Positions 8,409-18,290 of a DNA stretch of 53,689 nucleotides are shown here, one piece after another (position 1 is the first letter of the stretch; every line of letters begins with the position of its first letter). Both the position numbers and the translations under genes were made by a program. The notes beneath the pieces are model-generated. The model was given only the letters and a program-made list of their open reading frames with translations, did no database searches and was not told the DNA's origin. Origin of the DNA: a virus; the IMG/VR virus record IMGVR_UViG_3300037313_001510; one strand, written 5' to 3'.

Positions 8409-9148
8409 GAAGTCGGCACCTCGCGCTTGAACAGGAAATATACCGTGCCGACCGGGAACGGATCGACATAGTTGAACGGCGGCACGGTGTTCTGGATCGT
8501 GGCGAGACCGAAGAAATGGAATGTATCGCCGCGGTAGCTTGCGGTCATGCCGGCCAGCGACAGGTGCATCTCCGAATGCTCGATATTGCCCGGCGTTCCA
8601 GGCGACTCCGGGAACCAGGTCATGCCGTCGACGCAGACCGCGCCCTCATTCTGCGCCCTGGCCTTCGACACCGCCTGTATCGACAGCGCATCCTTGAAGA
8701 ACATCGACGGATGGCCGGGCACCGGGATTTCGAGCGCCGCGCCTGCGTCGACGAACGCGGCCTGGTTGGGGAACTGCCAGACGTCGACGGCATGGTCGAA
8801 CAAGGTGCCATTGCCGGCATCAGGCGTTGCCGGGATGTCGGCGAAGGTGACGTTGTTGACCGACACCCACTCGCTGTTGTTCTTATAGCCCAGGCAGGAT
8901 CCGGTGAAGCCCGGCGAGGTCAGCCCGAGATAATAGCGCGTCTTGTCGATACAGCCGCTGTAATAGCCGGGATTGGGGTCAGGGAAGCCTGTGTCCGGAA
9001 AGCAGGTCGCCGACGGTCCCTGCGGATTGTCCGACTGCACCGTCGACTGATAGGCAAGGTAATCCAGCCGGCGCCAGCCGACCTCGACGATGCGGCTGAA
9101 CGGGCCGAGATCGACCGGGTGATCGCGCGAGCCAAAGGACTGAGGCAT
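8405..9148 (-). CDS. Hypothetical tail-tip protein, 247 aa
   Basis: Start reset to ATG 9148 (MPQSFG...). The upstream part of the 431-aa ORF is Arg-rich and overlaps 9148..9693. Confidence 0.6.
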   Translation of the reverse strand: MPQSFGSRDHPVDLGPFSRIVEVGWRRLDYLAYQSTVQSDNPQGPSATCFPDTGFPDPNPGYYSGCIDKTRYYLGLTSPGFTGSCLGYKNNSEWVSVNNVTFADIPATPDAGNGTLFDHAVDVWQFPNQAAFVDAGAALEIPVPGHPSMFFKDALSIQAVSKARAQNEGAVCVDGMTWFPESPGTPGNIEHSEMHLSLAGMTASYRGDTFHFFGLATIQNTVPPFNYVDPFPVGTVYFLFKREVPTS

Positions 9149-9693
9149 CAGGCCGTCACATCCTCCGCGAGGCGGCCGATCAGATCCCACTCGCCGCCGG
9201 CCGGGACGACCTTGGCCGTCACCGTCGAGCCCTGCCCCGCCGTCTGGTTGAGGAAGCCTTCCATGCCGTTGACCTGCACGTCTGTAGTCGACGGGAACAG
9301 GATCGGCCCGGCGCCGACCTGGCGGAAAGTGACTTCCGTATCGGCCGCGAGATCGCCCGGGAAAATGATCGTCAGCGAACTGCCGCCGGCATAGCGAAGA
9401 TAATGGTTGGCATGGGCAGACGTGACGGTGAAGGTGCCGTCGGTATCGGCATCGATGTCGACGCCGATCGAGGGCCGGAAATTCGCCTGCGGAACCGTGA
9501 AGGGACCGAAGGTGAGGCTGTCGGGGTAATAGAAGGTCAGTTGCGTCCCGACCAGCGTGATGTTGGACGGCGGCACGCCTACGATCGGGGCGTCCTCGAT
9601 GTCGCTCACGCGGCCGTCGAGATCGGTGAAATTGCCGTCGACCTCGGCGGGCGTGAGGTTCGAGCCCTTCACAGAGCGGAGCACAATTGCCAT
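9148..9693 (-). CDS. Tail-fibre N-terminal-type protein, 181 aa
   Basis: N-terminus MAIVLRSVKGSNLTPAEVDGNFTDL matches the widespread tail-fibre N-terminal motif (K/R-G-x-x-L-T-x-x-E-x-D-x-N-F). Confidence 0.6.
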   Translation of the reverse strand: MAIVLRSVKGSNLTPAEVDGNFTDLDGRVSDIEDAPIVGVPPSNITLVGTQLTFYYPDSLTFGPFTVPQANFRPSIGVDIDADTDGTFTVTSAHANHYLRYAGGSSLTIIFPGDLAADTEVTFRQVGAGPILFPSTTDVQVNGMEGFLNQTAGQGSTVTAKVVPAGGEWDLIGRLAEDVTA

Positions 9694-9696
9694 CTG

Positions 9697-10161
9697 TCAA
9701 GTTTCCTTGGCGCTCTTGAAGTTGAAGCCGCGGTAAAGGCCATCGTCGCGGCCCTGGAAGACGATCCGGAGCGTGTTCTTCACCATCACGTATTGTTCGG
9801 AATCGTCCGGGTTTTCGACGCGCAGCGTCTCGGTTTGCCGGAAGATCTCGTCGTATTCGATGATGTGGATATCCTTCGGCTCGTCGTCTTTCTTGCTGTC
9901 ATCCGGCGGCCAGTTGACCGTGACGGTCGGATTGGTCCGCTGCTCCGGCGTCGTCAGCGTGAAGCGCGACGCCTTGCCGAAGCGGAAATGCGCCTCACCG
10001 CCCTCATCCGGTTTAACCTTCGACAGCGCGCGCTTGAGCACGCTGTCGCCAGACGAGCCGCCGATGAGCGACGACAAATTGATGACACCAGTGCCTCGAC
10101 TGACGTTAATTACCGCTCCGGGGAAAACCCCTCTTGGGACGCCTGTTGAAATCAAGCCCAT
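9697..10161 (-). CDS. Hypothetical tail protein, 154 aa
   Basis: ORF coupled to 10161..11921 in the tail-tip series. Confidence 0.55.
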   Translation of the reverse strand: MGLISTGVPRGVFPGAVINVSRGTGVINLSSLIGGSSGDSVLKRALSKVKPDEGGEAHFRFGKASRFTLTTPEQRTNPTVTVNWPPDDSKKDDEPKDIHIIEYDEIFRQTETLRVENPDDSEQYVMVKNTLRIVFQGRDDGLYRGFNFKSAKET

Positions 10162-11921
10162 CAGGCGGCCTCGAGGTCGATCGTCTTCGGCACCATCAGC
10201 GCGCTCACCTCCAGCGGATAATCGGTGATGAACGGGCCGCCCTTGAGCACTTTCAAGTCCCCGTCGACCTCGGAGAAGACCTGGTTCAGCGCGTTCACCG
10301 CCGCGGAGATGTCGGGCATGAAGGCGTTGAGCACGGCGCGCTGCGTCGGCAGGGGATTGATGATGGTGATCTGCTCGACAAGCGTTGCCGGATCCATGGT
10401 GAGGAAGTCGACGCCGTCGTCGTTGGGCGGCACCAGCATATAATCCTCCGACAGCGTCACCTCGCCGGGGACAGGCATCACCGTGCGTCCGGAATAGGCC
10501 TGGTAACCGTCATCGACATAGCCTTCCTCGACATAGAGCGGATCGCCTGGAACCGTGGTGACGGTGTTGCCCTTGCCGACCGTGCAGCCGATGGTGATGG
10601 CGACAAGCGGCGCGCCGTTGGAGACGGTGATGGAGTAACCGATGATCTTGCTGGCCGCCTCGCCGCCGGGAAGACGCGGATCGGCGATACGGGCATTCAT
10701 GCGGCAGGACAGCGTCTCGGCCAGATCCGGCGTCAGCGGCGCCGAGAAGCCGATGGAGACGGCGCGCGAGCGCTCCAGGATGTTGCGGCGGGCAAGGCAG
10801 ATCAGGAAGTCGATGCTGCGCCGGCCGCGTTGCGTAGTCAGATAGGCCCGCCTGCGAACGTCGCCGATCGGCGGCGCGCCGTCTGGAAAATCGGTGGTTG
10901 CCGGATCGCAGGGCTCGTCGGCATCGCCCGAAACCTTAATCTCCTGCACCTCCTCTCCGCCCGGCTCGGTGACGATCGCCTGGCAGTCGGCGACGAGCGT
11001 GAAGGACACCGTCTCCTGCCGGTTGCGCGAAACGTCATAGTCGGCGAGGAACACCGGCTTCATCGCCCAGACCGGGAACTGTCCGGTGCCGTTGGTCATG
11101 ATGACCTGGTGGAAATCCTCCGGAACGATGGTGCCGTCGGCCCTGGTGATCGAGCCGTCGCCAAACGTCCAGCCGCCGCCGATGCGCTTGTCCTTTTCCG
11201 GATAATCCAGCATCAGCCCGTCGCCGGTCAGCGACTTGATCAGGTGCCCGTCGCCGGACCCGGCAAGGGTGAAGGCGCTCACCAGCTGCCTGGTGAAATC
11301 GACGGTGCCGGTCGCCGCCTGCGCCCAGTTGATCTCCGCCGAAACCTTGATCGAGGTCAGCGGCGGCTCGCCAGGGTCGGCGCCAAGGCTGTCGCGGATG
11401 AAATCCTCTCCGAAGTCGAGCAGCCCGTCCTCGCCGTCGAGGATGTCGGAGGCCGTCACCGCCAGCGACACGCGGTCGATGTGCCAGGCATGGGTGTAGC
11501 CCTGCAGCACCGTGTCGGGATCGTCGCGCGAATCCGCGTTGATGAACATCGGATCCCAATAGGGCGCGACCTTCATCGTCTCGGCCAGCGCACGCTTTTG
11601 CGCATCATAGGCCGAAGGCCGCGCCATGATGTTGAGCGTGACGGCATTGCCCTGCACCTGCTGCGGCACGCCGACGAGGCGACCGAACAGAAGCGGGATA
11701 ACCCCGGCCGTCGGGTTCTTCTCGTCGTGCCAGGACAGCCACGCCCACTGCTTGCGGCCCGGTGCCAGCAGCCCGACGCGCGGATTCCTGACCGTGATGT
11801 CGAGCGAGGCGAACGCGCCTTCCTTGTGGGTGAGCGCGATCGAGACGATGTCCTCGTCCACGACCTGGTGCTCCAGCCCGAAGGTGGTTTCCGTCTCGTC
11901 GACCCAGGCGAAGAAGAACAT
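10161..11921 (-). CDS. Large tail-tip / hub-like protein, 586 aa
   Basis: Its size and position, second gene after the tape measure, fit this role. Confidence 0.6.
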   Translation of the reverse strand: MFFFAWVDETETTFGLEHQVVDEDIVSIALTHKEGAFASLDITVRNPRVGLLAPGRKQWAWLSWHDEKNPTAGVIPLLFGRLVGVPQQVQGNAVTLNIMARPSAYDAQKRALAETMKVAPYWDPMFINADSRDDPDTVLQGYTHAWHIDRVSLAVTASDILDGEDGLLDFGEDFIRDSLGADPGEPPLTSIKVSAEINWAQAATGTVDFTRQLVSAFTLAGSGDGHLIKSLTGDGLMLDYPEKDKRIGGGWTFGDGSITRADGTIVPEDFHQVIMTNGTGQFPVWAMKPVFLADYDVSRNRQETVSFTLVADCQAIVTEPGGEEVQEIKVSGDADEPCDPATTDFPDGAPPIGDVRRRAYLTTQRGRRSIDFLICLARRNILERSRAVSIGFSAPLTPDLAETLSCRMNARIADPRLPGGEAASKIIGYSITVSNGAPLVAITIGCTVGKGNTVTTVPGDPLYVEEGYVDDGYQAYSGRTVMPVPGEVTLSEDYMLVPPNDDGVDFLTMDPATLVEQITIINPLPTQRAVLNAFMPDISAAVNALNQVFSEVDGDLKVLKGGPFITDYPLEVSALMVPKTIDLEAA

Positions 11922-11924
11922 GCG

Positions 11925-12374
11925 CTAGACCTCGATCAGGTCGAGCGACCAGTTGCAGGCCGCGCCCCACTCGTCGAACGAGAGGCGATAGTCCGCCACC
12001 ATCATGGTCAGCCGCGGCCGGTAGAAGGTGTAGGCGCCGTCTTCCCGCGTCGCCGGATCGTCGGTGGTCGAGGCGACGGTGCGCGACGGCGAGCCGCCGG
12101 CGGTGAGGTAGGAGAACTCGGTGGCGCAATCGACGGTCAGCACCATGCCGCGCCGCACGCCGTCCAGCGCCGGCATGTTCTGGTCGGTGCAGGTGATGGT
12201 CAGCTTGTACTTTTCGGCGGTGCCATCGCCGAGATCGATCAGCGTGTTGTTGACGGTGCGCGCCAACTGCGCGTCGCCGTCTAGGCCGAACTCCTCCGAA
12301 ATGCCGCGCGCCGAATAGGGCGGGACGGTGATCGGATCGAGCCGCAGGAGCGTCGGATTGTCGGCCGAGGTCAT
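11925..12374 (-). CDS. Distal tail protein candidate, 149 aa
   Basis: Immediately downstream of the tape measure and ATGA-coupled to it. Confidence 0.55.
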   Translation of the reverse strand: MTSADNPTLLRLDPITVPPYSARGISEEFGLDGDAQLARTVNNTLIDLGDGTAEKYKLTITCTDQNMPALDGVRRGMVLTVDCATEFSYLTAGGSPSRTVASTTDDPATREDGAYTFYRPRLTMMVADYRLSFDEWGAACNWSLDLIEV

Positions 12375-15300
12375 TTGCCAGGCCTCCGGCCGGCGCTGGT
12401 CTGCTGCTGGCGGATCGCGAACTGCTGCAACCTGGTCGCGGTGAATGTATCAGTCACCAAATCGAACACCTGATCGATGCCGAGACCGAAGTCGAGCTTG
12501 ACGCGCATGGTTCCACCCGCTTCGGCGGACGCACCGGCGGCAACGAGCGCGGGAACCATCCCCCCGCTGGCCATGCGCGGTACGGTCAAGGAACGGCTAA
12601 AACCATCGACGACGCCGCCGATATTGAAGCCGCGGATCGCCTTGAAGAAATCCCGCGGCAAGGTCATGTTGTTGAGCGCATGGAACACACCAGGACCATA
12701 ATAGGCGACCGCCTTTGCCCTGGTGATGAACTCCCCGAGCGATGCCCAGATCGGAATGCTGTCGCTGGTCGCGGTGCCGGGACCCGTCGCGAGATGGCCG
12801 CCATCAGCAAAGCCGCCATGCGAGCCGCCGCTGTCAGCCGCCGAGCCACTCGCCTGCGCGCGCAGTTGCCGCGCCGCTTCCGCCGCCGCCTGAAGCGCTG
12901 AGAGGATGCGCGAGATCGCGGCATCGATCTGGCCCGCAAGGCTGTTGACCGTGGCTGACAGTGCGGCGAAACCGTTTTGCACCAGCGATTGGATGCCGGA
13001 CAGGATCGAGCTGATCTTGCCGGGCAGGCCTTCGAATGGTGCCACCACGGCATCGGCGGCTTGCGCGGCCGAGCCGGCGTCTATCGAGGATAGGGCTGAA
13101 TTCGTCTCGTCCGCCGCCTGTTGCGCCGCTGGTGCGATGCGATTGACGTCAGTAACGATGGCGTCGACCCCGGCCGTAGCCGCATCCGGCTTGACTGCAT
13201 CGGAGATCGAGTTGGTGATCTCGCTAGAGACGTTCTTGATGTTTTCGCCGGCTGCCTTGGCACTCTCGGCCACGCCGTCAAGCGCGGCCTTCGATTGGTC
13301 GGCGCGATGAGCGACGCCATCCACGACATCGAAGACTTCCTTGGTCAGGCTGCCGCCAGGTCCGCCGCCCCGAAACACGGTGATCGTCTGACCGAGGCTT
13401 TCGACCTTCGTCTTAGCGGTATCGACAGCCGTTCCGAGATTATTGACGTCCGTGGTTGCCGCCTTGGCGTCGGCGCTGAATCCGGCGATGCCGAGCGCGG
13501 CCTGCTTGGCGGCGAACTCGCTGTCTGTGAGCTTGCCGGTCAGGAGACCGATGAAATTCGCGCTTTCCTGCCCATCCTGCGCCAGCTTGTGCGCATTGTT
13601 GGTGATGTCGAGGAACTGCTGCGCCAGTTTGCCAAGTTCGGGATTCTCGGCGCCGATCTTTGATACCTCGGCTCGGAATGCCTCGACGTCCTTGGTGCCC
13701 TGAAACTGCTTGAAGACATCGAAAAGCTTATCGGCCGCATGCGGGAGGAGACCATCGAACTGCTGGATCGCGTTGATCGCATCGTCGATCGCGCTGCTCA
13801 GTCCCTTGTTCGCCGCATCCTGAGACAGCCGGGCTTGGATGAGCGCAGCATCCTTGACCTGCTGCGACATCTCGGCGACCTTGCGGCCGGCCTGGTCGTA
13901 GGCACTGCCCACCTTGCCGATCAGGTCTTCATGCACGCGCAGCGCGGCCGTCGCCTGGTCGGTGCGCGTCACCCATAGGGCAATGCCGCCGGCGACGACC
14001 GTCAGCACAGCAAGCCATGGATTGGAGAGCAACGCGCGGCTGAACAGCGAAAGCGCGTTGATGGCGGTGAAGATGGCCGTGCGCAGCACCTGGAAGCCGC
14101 CAAGGATCTGGGTGATCGACCCCAGGATCAGCAGTTCACCGCTTGTGATGCTGGTGCCAAATATCTTGTTGAAGGCTTCGGTGACGAGGCCAGCACCTTC
14201 CCGCAGCAACTTGAATGCCGGCAGAACGACGCCGTTGACGACGTGAAATGCGTCCTGTCCGAAGCCGACGATGGCGTCCCGCCATTCGATGATCCACTTG
14301 TTGCTGACGTCGGCGTCGCGACCGGACAGGGCAGCAAAAAAGTCCGCGACCAGCACCTTGGCCTTGGCCAGCGCATTGTTGGCGAAATCAAGCACTGCCT
14401 GCTTGTTGCGCAGGATCAGATCGCGGAAGGCGTTGAACCCCGCAGTGAACGACGGAACAAAAATCAGGCCGATCTGCCGAAGCAGGCCGGAGATAGATTT
14501 CTTCAACTCGTTGAGGGAATCGTCGAAGGCGAGCGCCGCCTTGATCTGATCATCGGTGAAGACGATGCCAAGCGCCGCAGCCCTGGCCTTGAATTCCTCA
14601 ATGCCTGCGGCGCCTTTGTCAAGCAACGGGATGAGTTTCGCGCCCTCAAGGCCGAACAGCTTGATCGCGATCGCGGACTTGCGAGCGCCATCTGGCATTT
14701 TCTGAAAAGCGTTAGCGACCTCGGCGAGTAGTTCGTCATTGGTCTTCAGGGCGCCGCTGGCATTTTTGACCGAAATGCCGAGTTCATCGAAGCCGGTCTT
14801 CGTTTTCGCGGCGCCAGCCTTGGCTTTGTCGCCGGCGCCTTTGGTGTTCTCGCCGAAGCGCGTCACCTCGACATTGAGATCCTTGAATGTCTCGGTAGAG
14901 AAACCGACGCCTTGCTGGATATCGCGGCCCATCTGGGCACCGGCCTTGCCGGCCTTGGTGGTTTCTTCTGAAGTCCTGAGGATTTGCTTGTTGAACGTGT
15001 TCAGGGCCGTGCTGACCTGCGCCTGGCTGACGCCAACGCTGTCGGCGGCGAACGCCCACTCCTGATAGGACTTCGCCGACAGGCCGGCTGCCTGCGCTGC
15101 GTTGTTCGCCTGAACGGCTGCTTCCGCCCCCGATTTGGCGAGGAAAAACAGCGCGGCGCCTAGACCATCGGCCGCCACTTTTAGTGCGCCAAGCGCAATT
15201 ATCGACCGCGTGGCAAAGGTGCCGATATCGCCGATCAGGATGGACAGATCGTTGCCGAGCCCGCCGAACTGGACCTTCTCGGCTGCGCCCTGGATCGTCT

Positions 15301-15403
15301 CCATCGCCTTTTCGCCGGTCTCGCCGAGCTTCTTCAGCTCTTCGGTCATGGCTTCGCCGCCGAGCAGCTTGATCAGGACGGCGATTGCGTTGCGCTCGGC
15401 CAA
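12371..15403 (-). CDS. Tail tape measure protein, 1010 aa
   Basis: Supported by length, Ala/Gly/Lys-rich helical composition, internal hydrophobic segments, and position after the chaperone genes. Confidence 0.85.
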   Translation of the reverse strand: MAERNAIAVLIKLLGGEAMTEELKKLGETGEKAMETIQGAAEKVQFGGLGNDLSILIGDIGTFATRSIIALGALKVAADGLGAALFFLAKSGAEAAVQANNAAQAAGLSAKSYQEWAFAADSVGVSQAQVSTALNTFNKQILRTSEETTKAGKAGAQMGRDIQQGVGFSTETFKDLNVEVTRFGENTKGAGDKAKAGAAKTKTGFDELGISVKNASGALKTNDELLAEVANAFQKMPDGARKSAIAIKLFGLEGAKLIPLLDKGAAGIEEFKARAAALGIVFTDDQIKAALAFDDSLNELKKSISGLLRQIGLIFVPSFTAGFNAFRDLILRNKQAVLDFANNALAKAKVLVADFFAALSGRDADVSNKWIIEWRDAIVGFGQDAFHVVNGVVLPAFKLLREGAGLVTEAFNKIFGTSITSGELLILGSITQILGGFQVLRTAIFTAINALSLFSRALLSNPWLAVLTVVAGGIALWVTRTDQATAALRVHEDLIGKVGSAYDQAGRKVAEMSQQVKDAALIQARLSQDAANKGLSSAIDDAINAIQQFDGLLPHAADKLFDVFKQFQGTKDVEAFRAEVSKIGAENPELGKLAQQFLDITNNAHKLAQDGQESANFIGLLTGKLTDSEFAAKQAALGIAGFSADAKAATTDVNNLGTAVDTAKTKVESLGQTITVFRGGGPGGSLTKEVFDVVDGVAHRADQSKAALDGVAESAKAAGENIKNVSSEITNSISDAVKPDAATAGVDAIVTDVNRIAPAAQQAADETNSALSSIDAGSAAQAADAVVAPFEGLPGKISSILSGIQSLVQNGFAALSATVNSLAGQIDAAISRILSALQAAAEAARQLRAQASGSAADSGGSHGGFADGGHLATGPGTATSDSIPIWASLGEFITRAKAVAYYGPGVFHALNNMTLPRDFFKAIRGFNIGGVVDGFSRSLTVPRMASGGMVPALVAAGASAEAGGTMRVKLDFGLGIDQVFDLVTDTFTATRLQQFAIRQQQTSAGRRPGK

Positions 15404-15442
15404 GGCTTATTTCCTTATGGGCGTGAAAGGCGGGAGGATGTT

Positions 15443-15679
15443 TTGGCGGTCAGGTACAGGGTCTATTCGCGACCACGGCTGAATGGCGATGGCATCTGGG
15501 GCGCGTGGCTTGTGGTCGTTTCGCCGATACTCAACGCGCTGTCCTGGAGATGGTATTTTGCGGTCCCGGAGTGGTTAGCAGTCGCTGCCCTGGCGATCAC
15601 CGGCGTCGCGTTCTTCGCCGGCTTCGTCATGTTGATGATCGGCCGCGATTACGACAGCACTATCGACCAGATCGACTAG
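15443..15679 (+). CDS. Opposite-strand two-TM membrane protein, 78 aa (moron candidate)
   Basis: TTG start 6 nt after GGGAGG (15431-15436). Two hydrophobic helices. The stop overlaps the stop of the convergent gene 15676..16290. Confidence 0.45.
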   Translation: MAVRYRVYSRPRLNGDGIWGAWLVVVSPILNALSWRWYFAVPEWLAVAALAITGVAFFAGFVMLMIGRDYDSTIDQID

Positions 15680-16290
15680 TCTCCGCCGCCATTGAACACG
15701 CCGGCGAAGATCCCGGGAAGTTCCGCCGCAACCTTCTCGGCGACCTCGCGGATGGCGAACTTGTCGGCGATGGACACGGTGCTGATGCCGACGAACATCG
15801 GGACGGTGCGCAGTTGCACCCCACCCCGCTTGCCGCGCTGACCTGTCCTGATCTGAGCCGCCAGCAACGGCGGCTTGCCAGGACGCTGGATCGTGAACAG
15901 CTTGCCGACATGGCTGGCGTAGAGCGCCGGCGTGACCTTGGCCTTGCCGATCCTCGGCGGCGCCGCCGGAAGCGGAAGCCACAGGAACGGGTGACCGGAG
16001 ATCGACCCGCCCTGCTCGAATATGTTGGAATATTCGATCTTGCTGTAGAGCAGCACGGTCGGCTGCGGCGACAGCGTCTTTTGCGGGTAGACGATGGTCG
16101 TCAACGTGTTCTGCCATTTCTGGCTGAAACCGGCCGCCGCGATGTTTGCCCTGCCCTCGCGCTTCGCCATGTCGGCGGCGATGTTTGCCGCCTTCATCGC
16201 CCCGACGGAAAGTTCCTTCGTCGCCTGCGCCATCGCCTTGTCGAACTGGCCCGATGCCGCTTCGACGAAGACCTTGAGGCTGCTAGTCAT
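15676..16290 (-). CDS. Hypothetical tail-module protein, 204 aa
   Basis: ORF between the chaperone-position genes and the tape measure. Confidence 0.6.
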   Translation of the reverse strand: MTSSLKVFVEAASGQFDKAMAQATKELSVGAMKAANIAADMAKREGRANIAAAGFSQKWQNTLTTIVYPQKTLSPQPTVLLYSKIEYSNIFEQGGSISGHPFLWLPLPAAPPRIGKAKVTPALYASHVGKLFTIQRPGKPPLLAAQIRTGQRGKRGGVQLRTVPMFVGISTVSIADKFAIREVAEKVAAELPGIFAGVFNGGGD

Positions 16291-16486
16291 CCCGCAAGTC
16301 CTCGATCTGCCTGGCTACTTCCTTCGGATCGCCGCGCGCCGCGTTCAGTCCGATGACCAGTTCATCAGCCATTTCCTGCCGCGCGTCGATCTCGCCGAAA
16401 TGCAGCCATGCGGCCATCTGGCGCGGCGTGTAGTGCATGATCTCGGTCGCCGAATGGCCAAGGCGCTTCAGCCGCGCCGCGGCCAT
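16283..16486 (-). CDS. Small tail-assembly-associated protein, 67 aa (gpT position)
   Basis: Follows the chaperone-position gene and has its own ATG 2 nt after the preceding stop. Confidence 0.55.
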   Translation of the reverse strand: MAAARLKRLGHSATEIMHYTPRQMAAWLHFGEIDARQEMADELVIGLNAARGDPKEVARQIEDLRDD

Positions 16487-16488
16487 GG

Positions 16489-16878
16489 CTAGGCTTTCGC
16501 CGGCTGACCTGTCGCGCTGTCGCTGCCGGTCAGCCTTGCCAGCGCCTCGAGGAAAGGGCCGGCTGGGCTCGGCACCGTGAGAAGCAGGATGCGCGAGATC
16601 AGCAGCGCGCGTTCGCCAGGCGTAAGGTTGGCGGCGTCCGCTTCCCTGATCCTGTCAATGCCGGCCGCCACGAGGGCCGACTGCAGGGCGACAGAAAGAG
16701 TGCTGAAGGTCTTCGGATCGACCTTCGCCTTGCCCTTCATGTCGAAGAGCTTGGCGACCTCGGGAAAGCGCATGACGATCTGCGCGATGTCGGTCAATTC
16801 GACACCGCGCACCGTCACCTCGTGGCCGCGCACCTTCTCGGTGAAGGTGAGCGGCGCGATGTCGATGAAGGCGGTCAT
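16489..16878 (-). CDS. Tail assembly chaperone candidate, 129 aa (gpG position)
   Basis: Lies directly after the tail tube gene. Confidence 0.6.
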   Translation of the reverse strand: MTAFIDIAPLTFTEKVRGHEVTVRGVELTDIAQIVMRFPEVAKLFDMKGKAKVDPKTFSTLSVALQSALVAAGIDRIREADAANLTPGERALLISRILLLTVPSPAGPFLEALARLTGSDSATGQPAKA

Positions 16879-16881
16879 GCT

Positions 16882-17397
16882 TTAAGCCTGCTGGCGGATG
16901 GTGAAGCGACCGTAGCGGCCATCCTTCTTGTTGACGTCTGCGACCAACGGGATCTGCGCGAAGTCGTCATTGTCAGCCATCAGGTTGAAGTCGCCCGACG
17001 GGCTGATGGTGACGTTGCCCTCGAAGTCGATCATCGGGCCGACCGTGTTGGTGGCGGTCAGCTTGATGTCGACGGTGAGGTTGGGCGCCGTCAGCGGATC
17101 GATGATCTCGTCGCCGTCAGTGTTGGTGTCGACCGCGCCGAGCAGGAACATGGCGACGTTGCGGGCGGTGTTCTCGTCGAGCGTCGCCTTGATCGAGGCG
17201 GCGACCTGGGTGACGGCGGTGAAGTCTTTCGCGCGGATGCCGACGCGGCCGGAAAAGTGTTCCTTTTTGGTCACGCTCGGCGTGTAGACGAAGTTGACGA
17301 GGTTGCCGGCGTCGACATAGTCGATATCGGTCGACTTCTTGATCGCCACGGCGGCGGCCGGGATGCGGTAATTGGCGGTATCGGGAGAAGCGCCCAT
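16882..17397 (-). CDS. Major tail tube protein candidate, 171 aa
   Basis: Positioned between the neck genes and the chaperones, with beta-rich composition. Confidence 0.65.
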   Translation of the reverse strand: MGASPDTANYRIPAAAVAIKKSTDIDYVDAGNLVNFVYTPSVTKKEHFSGRVGIRAKDFTAVTQVAASIKATLDENTARNVAMFLLGAVDTNTDGDEIIDPLTAPNLTVDIKLTATNTVGPMIDFEGNVTISPSGDFNLMADNDDFAQIPLVADVNKKDGRYGRFTIRQQA

Positions 17398-17459
17398 AGG
17401 TCTTTCCTTTCGGTGACGATGCCCGTCCCAAGTTCACGCGGGTGTTGGGCGGTTGAAAA

Positions 17460-17909
17460 TCAGAGGGTGGCGGGATCGAGGTAGTAGGGAATGGCGAAGG
17501 CCACGCCCATTTCGCCGAGCATAGAGCGGCCCCAGGCGAGCGAGGTCTGGGTGGAGTGAAGGCGCCCGCCGAGCCGGTTGGTGGTCAGCGCCATCAGGTC
17601 GGCGTCGGTCGCTATGGCTTTGATCAGCGCAGCGCGATGGCCGTTTAGCACCGTGCCGACATCTTCAGACTTCTCCGGCAGCACGATCAGCATCTGCGGC
17701 GTCATGGTCATCCGGCGCGGCCCGCGTGAGCCGCGGCTGTTCGGGTCATTCTCGTCGCCCATTTCGTCGCCATCCAGAATCAGGATCGCCGGCAGGTTCG
17801 CCTCGGGGGGGCGCATGTTGTTGCGATATACCGCTTTGATGCCTCTGGTCGTCTTGAAGGTCTCGGCGATTGCTACGAGGCGCTGCAGGATGGCTTCGCG
17901 GGTATCCAT
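17460..17909 (-). CDS. Tail terminator / tail completion candidate, 149 aa
   Basis: Lies immediately upstream of the tail tube gene. Confidence 0.5.
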   Translation of the reverse strand: MDTREAILQRLVAIAETFKTTRGIKAVYRNNMRPPEANLPAILILDGDEMGDENDPNSRGSRGPRRMTMTPQMLIVLPEKSEDVGTVLNGHRAALIKAIATDADLMALTTNRLGGRLHSTQTSLAWGRSMLGEMGVAFAIPYYLDPATL

Positions 17910-18265
17910 CAGCGGGCCTCAGTCAGGATGAGCAGGATCTCGCCGTCCACCTCGCCGTTCGGTGACGGCCGGAAGGCGTGGTTCTCGACGGTCCAGGTCT
18001 TGCCGTTCATTTCGAGCGTGGCGCCGTGCAGATCGGCCTTGTCGATGTTCGCGATGTCGCCGGCACGCACAGCGGCCGCTGGCGAGATCGTCTCGACCTC
18101 GGCATTGAACCGTCCGCCTGAACTGCCCGTCACGATGCCGGCCGTCTTATCGATCGCCCTGAGTTCGATCACCGCGCCGTCGGTGCCGGGCAGCGTCAGC
18201 ACGGCGGCGACGCCAAAGCCGGCTGTGCCATACATGGGTCCGTAGAGAAGCGAGAGATCATACAT
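17909..18265 (-). CDS. Head-tail joining (neck) protein candidate, 118 aa
   Basis: Called from position only. Coupled to 17460..17909. Confidence 0.5.
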   Translation of the reverse strand: MYDLSLLYGPMYGTAGFGVAAVLTLPGTDGAVIELRAIDKTAGIVTGSSGGRFNAEVETISPAAAVRAGDIANIDKADLHGATLEMNGKTWTVENHAFRPSPNGEVDGEILLILTEAR

Positions 18266-18290
18266 ATCAAGCAGCCTTGTCTACCGGCAT

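Noticed and set aside
10134-12284. Very long + strand ORFs antisense to structural and early genes (10134..12284 at 716 aa, 22232..24301 at 689 aa, 35927..38020 at 697 aa, 26966..28234, 38005..39108 and others).
   Set aside because: Their Arg/Gly/Asp/Pro-rich low-complexity translations are typical of open antisense frames in DNA above 60% GC. Each is fully covered by a - strand gene with recognisable motifs and operon context.
4612-12374. A second DGR variable repeat in the tail-fibre or tail-tip genes.
   Set aside because: No stretch resembling the TR (for example GGCTCGTGGTGG or its reverse complement) was seen by eye in these genes. A computational TR-versus-genome alignment should confirm this.
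16283-16878. Programmed -1 frameshift joining the two chaperone-position genes (lambda G/GT style).
   Set aside because: I see no slippery heptamer near the 3' end of 16489..16878. The downstream ORF has its own ATG 2 nt after the stop. This cannot be excluded experimentally.
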